DNA of 64,000 nt from Cycas panzhihuaensis. Its lineage: Eukaryota > Plantae > Cycadophyta. How positions within the stretch are numbered: position 1 is the stretch's first letter; the number at the start of each line of letters is the position of its first letter. A program made the position numbers and the translations under genes. The stretch lies in NCBI GenBank assembly GCA_023213395.1, contig CM041465.1:249557741-249621740 (forward strand). The letters run 5' to 3'. Below the pieces are notes generated by a model. That model did not search any database, was not told the DNA's origin, and worked only from the letters and a program-made list of their open reading frames with translations. Below, piece by piece: positions 53,306 to 64,000 of this stretch.

Positions 53306-54669
53306 TTCGTTAATGAAAATTAATCATAATAGGTGCAAAAATCAACCACATGTAATTATAATTAAGCACAACAGTTCATCATACTTAATATGTTAACCTA
53401 TATAAATTTTGTTTCTTAGTTTTCTCTCATGGTTCTAGTATCATGTATCAACTTTGAAGTGAAAATTTTCTATTAAGATAACATTAAAATACCTCAAATC
53501 ATACCTCGAATTGTAGTATTCAGAGTCAGGATTCCAATAGTTTATATGGTTTAAAAAATTGCTCATAGTTAAGAAAATATTAAGAACATAATGTAGTTAC
53601 TTTTTTATGAAAACAAAAATAAACTTGTCCGGGTTTAGCCCCTTTTGTTGATTGATGGTTGATCACGTTGAAATTATATATGACTAAGGGCTTAACTATG
53701 GGGGGCTAGCAGACTCTAAATCACTCTCTAATCTAGTTTAATACATGAAAAACATTGTAAAAAAAAAAAAAATACTCACGTAAAAAATTAATAACTTACA
53801 TGATCATTAATGGGATGATGAATGATGATTGAAAATTTAAATTTTTGCTTGAAAAATTGATTGAAATTTATCAAATATGTGAATCTACTCTTAGTTTGTG
53901 AATATCCTTATATTATTTGTGCTTGGGCAAGCTATGATGCATGTTCATACTAGAGTGTGCATAGGGCTACACGTGGAGGCAATGTTAGACAGATTTGATG
54001 TTCATTATGTAGGATGAGCTAAGATCTTTATATTGAGCAAGAGTAGACACAAATGTATAAGAGCTTTGACATGGAGGTGCACATAAAGGATATCAAGGGA
54101 TGGCAATATCTTACACATAAGGCTTTAAGTCACAAATGTGGGAGGACATGAATAACACATGAAGTTGGGTCATTAAGCTCACTTCACATAGTCACATAAT
54201 CAATCACAAAGGAAATACAACCAGTAGCAGGGGTGGTCATAGGCATTCAATGGGAACAAAGGTCATTTGAAGCACTCTTACAAACATATACAAACTCATC
54301 ACCATGAATGAAAATGGATATGGCACCACAAATCCATGGGTAGTAGTTACAGTTCCACCTCATGCAACCACAACAACTAGATAGAGCTAACTCCTCACCC
54401 ACCACATAGAATGGACAAGAGTCTTCCACAAAATAAGACATGGTAGGGTTTCAAAGGTACTAAAAAGCATATAGGATAGAATCAACATGACAATCACCGC
54501 CTCTCAATGGGCAAACAAATAGATAGCTTCCAAACTCTAACTGGCAATATTCAAACCTTCACTGGCTAACAAGCTCAACAAGATCACCTGCAAATGGAAT
54601 TACTTCAACTATCAAACCCTTTCTTTCACCTTATCTTTTTTAGACTTGCAAACCATAGCTCTAATACCA

Positions 54670-55001
54670 TGTTAGAATTGTAAATTCACTGTGATACCAT
54701 GATAGAAATGTAACTAATAGAATATCAAAATGAGTGAATAAAATAAATAAATAATAGAATAAAACAAATAGAGTAATACCAAGATCATAAACGGTATCGT
54801 GAGATACCTTTATTTTTTATTTTTTAAAACATTACATACTATGCAATATGTAATATAATATATGATCTTATATATAATTGATGTCCTTATATAATAGAAT
54901 ATACCTTTAGTGTGGGGTCCACCACTTTTTAATCTTGCATAGATAAATGTGTATTAGCTAATTATGTCCTTATTTTTCTCTAATATTTTAATATTCTAAT
55001 A
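54670..55001 (-). repeat. Tandem element LTR3 (5' LTR)
   Basis: Preceded by PBS (rc) 54658-54669; ends tattctaata (or at 55003). Confidence 0.9.
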
Positions 55002-57402
55002 CACATAAGACACCATATCTAATCTCATGGAAGAATCATGCCACAAATTTAGAAAATATTATGAGAATCAACATGGAATAGAGAAGATCTAACTTGTGAG
55101 TGATTGAGAATCGTAAAACAAAGTCTCCCGAATATTATGCTTTGTTGAGAGGAATGGAAAATAGAGGTGGTGAGTTTATGCATGTGAAACTCAAAGGTAG
55201 TATATTACAATAATAAGATGTGGAAAAAGGCACAACTAGAGATCTAATGAAGTTTCCCATTGATTTTTCATGCCATAAAGGAGATTGCCCATGGAAAATG
55301 AAAAAATATAGAGAAAGCAAATACCACTTGAAAATCCATGTACCTATGAAAGAGAAAAAGTTGAATTTGCAATGTTGCCTTATGCCTCATGGACTGGTTG
55401 CCCATGAATATATGCATCCCTACTAATAATCAATTGCCCACAAAGAAGAAATCTAGTCTCTCATTGCTATGAAAACCCTACACAATTCGTCTAACGATGG
55501 CTAAGGATAGTAAAAATTCACCCAACAATGATGAGAACTACAAATGATAAAGACATGCTGATTTAATTATAAAACAACTCACCTACAGGTACATTAAGTC
55601 ACCCAATTTGTCCAGATTATAGCCATCGCTTATTCGCCATACACATAACGGTTGTAATTATAAAGGAATCAATTCATAAATTCGTAGGAATCTTAAATCA
55701 CGACGTTAAATTTTTTTGAGATGAAATATATTTTTTTACAATGTTTATAGAGAATTAAATTATATTGGATAGAGTTTTGAGATCTACATTTGAGGCCCTA
55801 TGATGAAGTCAAATGGTCGCATGCACTCATCAAGTGACCATGTGTTACAAATAAAGAGTGATAAAAATATTTTAAAGGATGTTTTGATTTTTAAGGACAT
55901 GCTATTGATTTTTTAAGTATAACTTTTGCATATGGAGTCCGAATTTTGAATAGTCAGTTTCATTGGATGGAGCACTTAGAAACAATCAACATGAGTGGTC
56001 ATAAGGCATATTTCAGAGATTGCATCATAGAAATATTAATCAATAAAGTTGAACAAGTTAATTTTAATATGATAAAAGTTATAATTTTTGATAAGTTTGA
56101 GATACAATTTGGCATGTTTTGAAGATTTTAAATACTTAGGAATATATATTGATAAAAATAGATAATTGATGATAGGACTGGATATATATTCAGTTGAAAT
56201 TTGGTTGAAAATGACACATTTATGACAATTTAGGGCACAAAATTGAAGACGTGGGAACCTGTTTGATATTGAATTTGATATGTACATGTTGGACATAATG
56301 ATATTGATCCCCCCAAGAGTTTATACATTTGATATAATGATTGCAACACTAATCAAATAAAATTTGAAATGGAATGAGCACATGATCACATTGTCTATTG
56401 ACTTTATATATGAATGAATGATGATTGATGACACCACTTGATTGGTGTTGTTGAAGGGTCTATATTTGTAGTTGGTTGAATTATTTAGTTATTTTCTACA
56501 TATTTATGAGACATGGAGAAGTATTGAATAGTTGGTATACCAAAATTTGATTATTAAGAAGTTTAGCTAATATGTGTTTGTTAGTGAGAAATCTAATATT
56601 CCATGTATGACAAGAGGCATGGAAATACATTCCTTATGTTATCTTGTTATAACTAATTTAATTTGGTCAGATGGTATACTCTATTCTCGAAGTTAGTTAG
56701 TTAAAGAGTGAAGAATTGATGATGTTAATTGGTAGCCAAATGAAAGCTATAGAAAATGTATGTAAAAGTGTCAATGTAGGCAATATACAAGTTTTTTTAT
56801 TTGTAAGAGGTAAGATAAAATAATATTATTTTTATACAATATATTGGGCTAATAGGTAAGGTTGTTTTGGTATTTTTCTTTATATGTTGATAAATCACAT
56901 ATAAGAAATACTTTCTGTAGAATTAGCCACTGTAGAGGCTAGTTACATATGTATTTCGGTAGATGGTTGTCATTTTATATGGATATCAATAATTATTTTA
57001 GTTCATGATATTGTAAGATGATGAAGTTGTCAATGTTAATTGTTGTAACTTTACTAGTGAAGATATAAAATTATTGAAGAGAAAAACTTCATATATTATG
57101 ACAAAATTAAGAGTCATAAATTATGGTTATTTATTAGTTGATTGATCAAGGTTTACAAGTTTTACAGGTGGTTGATTTCATATATTTGATTATAAGATAA
57201 TATGATACATTGTTAATATGATCTGTTTATAGGAAAAAAACATGATGAAGATAACTAACATAGGAAAAATGAAGATATAGATGAATAGGTGATTTAACAT
57301 GAAGATGAAGATACGACATAAAAATATAAAGAAATAAATATAAAGATATAGGTAGAAGACATGAAGATATTGAAGATCCACAAATTAAACATTAAGAGGA
57401 AG

Positions 57403-57926
57403 TGTTGAAATATTTGAGTGTTGAACTAGTAAAAAGTTGGAATATACTATTATTGATGAGTAATATTTAATTAGTGGTTAAGAGGTCAAAGTTGTTATTA
57501 GACGATGTGAGAGGTCCCACATATATGATCAGATTGGTTAATATAATGATAAAATATAATCAATTGATAATGAGGTTATATATCTATATAAGGGCAACGA
57601 TTATTATAAAGAGAATTAGATCTTCTAGTTTTCCTTATGAGGATATGATAAGTCACCATGTGCATATTTGATTGTTCCTCTTAATATGTGATTTCATAAA
57701 CATTTGGATGTGGTTTTTCCCATTCATGGATTTTCCATGTTAAACTTAGTGTATAGATGATGTTTGTATTATTGTCTCTTACAACCTTATCTTTTTTATA
57801 TTTTATATTAAATGATATACTTGATTGATCATATGAATATGTTATATCTTACTTGATTTTGCACTTTTTCATAAATCTTTATAAATAATTTAATATGGTA
57901 TCTGAGTGAATTTAAATTTTTTAATA
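57403..57926 (+). repeat. Element B 3' LTR
   Basis: tgttgaaatatttgagtgttgaa after the PPT; aligns to 26300-26810. Confidence 0.75.
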
Positions 57927-58610
57927 ATGAGTAGGCTTCAGTAACATAAATATAACAATCCCACCTCCTAAATCTCCAAAAGTGGAGATTATTTCCAATA
58001 TTATTACCAATATAGAATATATTTTTAACCTTCAAATTATTACTTTATTTATAAATAGTGAGGTTATAATATAAATGTAAGTATTTAAAATTGTAATACC
58101 TTAAATAATATTTATGTAGTAGAAACATGAAATTAGTAAGTTACATGCCATGCTAATAATCTAGAAACTTGCAATTTTTAATGTCTACTGTATATCTTTG
58201 TCATACATAGATGCTACTTTTAAATCTAAAAAGATACATATATAATTATAATTTTAAAAAATTAATTTATACAAAAACTCTCAACAAAAATTTACATATG
58301 TTAAGTATCCATTTTATATTTCTATAACTCATTTATATTAGAAGTAAATAGATGAATTATTTTTTTTTCCCCTTGTTTTTTGTTTTTTTATATGAATATC
58401 AAAATTGCTTAGAGAGATTCATCACCTAGCCTTTTAGAAACTCATCATAAGAATTACATCCAAGTTAAGACAAGTGATATAAATATGGGAGAATTAATAG
58501 TAATGACATCAGAGCATATCGTTTAGGAAAATACTAGCTTAGAGTAGAGGGCTTATACCATGCACGTGTCATTTGTTAGTAAGTTCATATTACATACAAC
58601 TTCATAATCC
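57927..58610 (-). repeat. Fragment homologous to the interior of the Tekay/Del LTR at ~15950-16600
   Basis: Shared blocks in the same order: gtaggct.ca, catgctaata.tctagaaa, caagttaag.ca.gtgatataaat, cttatacca. Confidence 0.7.
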
Positions 58611-58699
58611 ATACCATGTATTGATCTAGTGCCCTCACACCACCAAAGTCATCATATCATATGGTGTACTAGGTATAAAATTTGTCTAATGGCTTTACA

Positions 58700-61600
58700 C
58701 TTGTTTTCCAAATTTTAGGCCCCTCACTCTTAGTATGAGAATATCAAGTATGATTTTTCTCTCTATCATTAGATATGTATAAGTTGTTTATCATTTTCCT
58801 TATATTGCATTTAATTAGTTTTTGATTGAGCATTTTCTTATGTATATTGCATACTTCCACCTGCTAATAATGGAAATGGGATCTATTCCCTTATAACAAC
58901 TCATGTTATAAAGGCAAAACTTTAAAGAATGATTCAATACCTATAATAATCACTATGTTACATTTCTTTCGTATAACTCTTCTTTATATCTTGTTTCACA
59001 CCCTCTTTTGGCTCCTTTAATTAACCATTTTGAGTTGGTACTCCTCTGAGTTAACTTATGTGGATTTAAAACAAGTTGAGTTCCCCTCTAAATTAATTAT
59101 AATGTGACTTAAATATGAGTTAGTACCTCTTTGAGTAATTTGTTTTGTTTAACATAAGTATTTTTATTATTTTTTACTTATATTATAGTTTATATCTTTT
59201 GACATTGATTTTGAATATAATTAATTATTATTCCTACTCCATTGTGTAGATCTTCTTGAATATATATGAAATGAGTGGTTATGACTTGAAAATGGGCACC
59301 ATATGAAGAAACTAAGCATTTTTTATGTTTCTATCTTCTCTTATTAGACAAGTTTACGTAATCTTGAGGTCAATTTTATAATTAAACCCTAAAAAATAAC
59401 ACAATTAATACCTACTGTTCTTTAAAAGTAACTTCATAATAAGTTTTGAAATTTATTCTCTCTTTGTCCTCCTAATTTCACTACAAATATCCCTCTTATA
59501 AGACCTTTGTTTTTTAGAACAAATAATTTTCCTCATATGTGCACTTACTTAGTCACACTTAAGTAAGGTCTTTGATTGCCATTCTGATCTACTTTTGCCG
59601 CTAGGATATATTAGCAACTATAGCATGTTTCTTTAGTAGTTTTTGCAATATCCTTCTGTCCATACCATGGGTTTCATATTACATTCCTACGGCATCACTC
59701 TACTAATATTGTATGTCTAATGTCACACTTCTACAATATCAATCTATTAATATCATGACTCTCAAGTTCTATGTTTATGGTATCTATTTAGATTAATTTG
59801 TTTACTTCACTTGTATTTATTCTTTTGTTTTTTTATCTTTTTTAATTTTTTTCTTGTTGTTGTTTACTTCACATATATTTTTTCCTTTTGGATGATATGG
59901 TAAGTATCTGTTAGTATGATTCACATACAGTCTTATCTCCATCTTAAGGTGACGACTCTTTCTCTCTTATATAGGTTTTCATCTAGGGTTTTAATGTGCT
60001 AATTGACAATGTTCTCTCTTTAGCTTTATTTTATAGGAATGAAGATTGATGAGATTAGATAGGAAAGAAGTTGGACTTGTCATCAAGTAGAGGCATGTTT
60101 TGAGTAAGAGACTAGGTAAGAGCTATTCACATACCTTATTTAATTTATTTTGTGTGCCTTGTTTGATTCATTTATAGGCAAAAGAATATATGAATTTATT
60201 TTGGGGAAATATACAAAATAAATTTCACATTTTAAAAGAACCCTAGATCCCCTTATTAAAAGTCACTCACATCTACCCTTCAAACCTAAATACTTGAATC
60301 ACTCATAGGGACACATTACTTGTAGTGTATGTTTTACTCTTTCTCTTTAGGGTATATCTTGGCTCTAAGTATTAGTTGAGGTAGTAAATAGGGAGCCCCC
60401 TCTACTAGTAAATATTTTGGTGACCATACTAGAGACAACCTTCTTGATCACTCTTTGGAGTGCTCTCTTCTGTTATTTCTTTTGCCTTACACTTAATAAT
60501 CATATATCATATTTAAGTGTTTCTCTTTTATGGTGTACCTCTTATGTATACTTAAAGGGATTCCTCTTGAGTTTCTTATCACCACAATGGGGAGTACTCT
60601 TTGTCCCTTTAGTCCTCTTAAAGAGAATATATTTATAGAACATGTTTTCTAGTCGAATACTCCTTATTATCAAATAATTAGATAATTTGCTGCTATCTTT
60701 TTTACTATTTCTTATCCTTTGGAAGGAGATGTTGGTTCATCATCTTCTCAAACTTTTCTAGGGCCTTTTGAAGGGACTGAGTGTTTAGGTTTTCAAGTGC
60801 CTTATGCTTGTGAATCACCTTTTGTCTATCTCATACAATTCACTTTATTCAACCCTTTACCTTCTATATGGCCAATAAGAAATTTTGGATCTTCTTCGTA
60901 AAATGCTACCTCAAGTGTTTCTATTTCACTTGTAATATAATCTTTGGGTCTTTGTCAATCATTTATTTTTACACCTACTTATTCTAATTAGACTAATCTA
61001 ACTCTTGTACCACAAGCTTTAGAAGCTCAACATCTTAATACTATTGTTTCTTTTCTTCCCTTGATGCAAAGTATGCCTCTTAATTCTTTGAGTTTAGTTT
61101 GACCTTTTTCATAGTTAGGACATCAATTTGTAACTCAACAAACTTAATAATCAACTTCTGAACATATTCTAGCATGAGTGTCTCCTACTTTATTTAATAA
61201 TTTAGCCCAATTGGCTTAAGCCTTTAGTGATTTTATTGCTAAAGGTGTAAATACCCAATCTGGAACTTTAGGTTACCAAAACATTGAAGTTAACTTTGAT
61301 GTATTAGCATAAGAGTTGTTACCATTACTCAATAACCTAACTTCTCAAATGAGCCTTTATTCTTAGTTAGGTTTAGCTCCTCCTTCTTAAGCCATTCCTT
61401 CATAAAGTATTACCGTACCAAATCCTATCGGGACACCCAACCCTCAGGCATCCCCTTATTCCTATGGAGGTTTATAATCACATCAAGTTACACAATCCTA
61501 ACTATAAGATGGTCATACTTTCAAACATTCATAATTTAATCAATTTTTTAACCCTTCTATGCAAGGTGCTAAAGTAGTTTGGTTTAACTTCAGAGGTGCA

Positions 61601-63560
61601 TAATCCACTTTTACTTCTCAAAATCCTCCTAGATTTCCTCCATCTTAAAGTAATCTAGAAGTCTTGAATATTTCCTATCTAACCATGGGTGTAATCACTA
61701 TTATTTAAGGCATTCAAAAGTCTTATACCAATTATATGTATATCCCTTTCACTTGGACATTTAAATGTCTGATCTTCCCCTTATCATTTCTTCATTGCCT
61801 TACTTTAAAGGTTCTTAAAGAGAAGACCCACAACTTCATGTTCATACTTTCTATTTGGATTGCTCACAATGATAACAAAATGATAACGTTATTTTCCTTC
61901 TCTTCATGTTTTTTGGTGATACTCTTAAATGTTTTTATCATCTATCTTTATGGTCTATCTCTAATTTTTAACAATTTGTTGACCAATTTGTCACCTATTT
62001 TGACATAGGGGAACCTTCCAATTTAGGTGCTAAATCTCTTCTATATGCTAAATAAGGTTACAAGGAAACTTCTTGTGAATTTATAAAATGATATTAAGAC
62101 TTAGTCTTTGCCTCAAAATATGAATGTCTTGATGGTTTTCTTGTCAAATTATTCTTAGATACTCTTATGGCACAACTCCATTTTGACGTGCTAAAGATAA
62201 GCCCCTCTTGTTACCAAGACAATCCTTAATAAGTCTCATACTCTTGATATATTTGAAATTAAAGTTGAAACCAAGCTCATCCCAAAACCTTTCGCTCATA
62301 AAGACAAGCCTAAACTTTTGAAGGAACCCAAACCTCTTAAACATGATAAGTTGCTCAACCCTGTCACATTAACACTTTGCAATATAGAATGTAAATTAGG
62401 TATCAACAATCAAAATGTTGGACACCAACAAGACTCACCTCAAACTATATTTCTTATTGAAAAATTAATTCCTTCACCTAAAGGATATTGGTCGATGGTT
62501 TATATTTCATAGAATGAATAACCATTCTGATGATTATTGCTAGACCTTTCACAAGATAAGGTTTCAAGATTACACACAAACTCAATCCAAATCCAATTTG
62601 GATAAACCAATCTATAAGAATCCTTTTCTTGATCACAATAACAACAATAATAGAAGAAGACAACTTTAAATATGAATAATAACAATGCTTTTAAACTTTC
62701 ACACCTTTCAAATAAGCAAACCCTTTGTCCAATAATAGGTAAGTAACTCCTTTTAAAGAAGATATCCCTCTTACAAATAAAGGTAAAAGGGTTATTAATT
62801 TAGTTAATATTATTGATTCTCACATTGTTGTGAAAAGCTCTTAAAAGTAAATAGGTCTTGGAAGAAGGTTCTTCTTTTTAAAATCCTAAACTACCTACTC
62901 TTCCTTAGATTTCCACATGTGGAACATGACTCAATTTTAATTGACCTTTCTTATATAATATTAAGGGTAAATCCTACTCTATGATAGATGCATTACAAAC
63001 TGTTATTGTTAGAATTTTTATATTAGATGTCTATTATTCTTTTCTCAATTAAACTCAATAGCTTTTAGAAGCCTTAGGTATCACTAGAGTAGATCTTAAC
63101 ATAAGAACTTAAACAAGTTATATTAGCTTTGATCCATGAACACTCCTATTGGAAGAATAATGAGTTGAAGACTAATTTTCTCCTTTTTTCATTTTAATTA
63201 AGATTGGAGACCTTTATCTTAATTATGCTTTGGTTGATGATAGCTCATCCATTAACATGATGCCCATGTGATTAATGCCTCTATCTGGTATTTAAGCTTA
63301 TGAAGTAGTCTCTTGGAACTGTAATAACTCAAGCACCAAATCTTAAGGGGTAATCATAGTTCGTATTTTAACTAAAGATAAAATAGTTAATAGTGAAATC
63401 ACTCTCACTGAAAAGCATCTTAACTACAATATCTTGTTGGTTCAACATTAGCTTAACCAAATGGAAGCTGTATATTCTTCCCTCTTTGGAGAGCTCAAAT
63501 ATATTCATGAAGGGAAAGTGTGTACCATAAAATATATGAGAATTCATAATTTTCCTTTGA
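58700..63560 (+). mobile_element. Old Ogre/Tat-like gypsy remnant: putative LTR, PBS, leader, gag and protease
   Basis: PBS-like tggtgaccatactagagac at 60418-60436. Gag REDPQLHVHTF...LKCFYHL...SISNF*QFVDQFVTYF at ~61800-62100. Protease ALVDDSSSINMMP...YNILL...SSLFGELKYIHEGKVCTI at ~63220-63530. The LTR start is not resolved. Confidence 0.65.
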
Positions 63561-64000
63561 CACAAACTATTCAAAAGTCTCCTCTTGAAATTTAAATCCC
63601 ATCTTTGAGGTTTATACCTTTAGGTTTTGATTCTTATGGAGTCATTCTTTCCAATGAATATGATATTGAGGATGCCTTTGCAAAACTTCCTTTTTGTTCA
63701 ATTATAACTCGATATATTATGTTTTTTATGAAGTTGATCACACACATGGAGTTTTCGCATTCCCTCATTCAATTTTAGATCTTGATACTAATTTCTCTAT
63801 TAAATAAGAGATTGTTGTTGATTCATCTCTCTCTCTTTTTTTTTTTATAGTAATAAAATAGATATCATTAAATTATAAATTTAGATGTAGTACAAGATGT
63901 TAAAGAGCCTAAAGGTCAAGTGGATAGTATCAGAATGAAGATTTTTTAAAAGTTTTTTGTGGAGAGAAGTAAAGTAAGAATTGTGAGACAACCATAACAA

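Larger units (their letters stand above)
27994..55001 (-). mobile_element. Tandem (3-LTR, 2-internal) non-autonomous Copia derivative, TR-GAG-like
   Basis: LTRs at 27994-28280, 51801-52161 and 54670-55001. PPT (rc) follows the first two and PBS (rc gctctaatacca) precedes the last two. Internal 1 (28281-30354 + 51404-51800) is collinear with internal 2 (52162-54669). Confidence 0.9.
26300..57926 (+). mobile_element. Old degenerate Copia-derived element B, host of the central nest
   Basis: Diverged LTR pair 26300-26810 / 57403-57926. Degenerate PBS tggggctagagcc at 26811; PPT aagaggaag at 57394-57402. RT/RNaseH traces at ~27300-27450 and ~56430-57180 (LATVEASYI). TSD only partial (ATGCT/ATGAG). 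Confidence 0.7.

Noticed and set aside
55135-55426. Short ORFs right of the tandem element as host exons
   Set aside because: They lie inside element B, are under 70 aa, and have no motif or splice support.

Overview
This window is AT-rich plant nuclear DNA made almost entirely of decayed transposable elements. I found no host gene, rRNA, tRNA or CRISPR array. A gymnosperm-type genome is suggested by the element types and their age, but this is inference only. The core is a five-level nest of LTR retrotransposons. Level 1 is an old Tekay/Del-type Ty3/gypsy remnant (minus strand, ~15.5-26.3 kb). Level 2 is a Tork/Tnt1-like Copia A (19106-24362) and a degenerate Copia derivative B (26300-57926). 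Level 3, inside B, is a head-to-tail LTR-internal-LTR-internal-LTR tandem of a non-autonomous Copia (27994-55001). Level 4, inside the tandem's left unit, is Copia C (30355-51398). Level 5 is three insertions splitting C, each bounded by a target site duplication (TSD): Copia D (32454-38632, minus), a CRM-clade gypsy E with a chromodomain-like tail (39842-46544, plus) and a non-autonomous gypsy-type F (46882-49733, minus). The flanks hold further chromovirus and Ogre/Tat gag-protease remnants, a foldback/MITE-like element and microsatellites. The most unusual signals are: (i) LTRs in two families carrying stacked ~30-bp 'LTR end + tRNA-Met primer binding site (PBS)' cassettes; (ii) the 3-LTR tandem; and (iii) an unassigned decayed ORF shared at protein level between element F and a distant relative at ~14.3 kb. 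All boundaries were read by eye and lineage names are motif-based.
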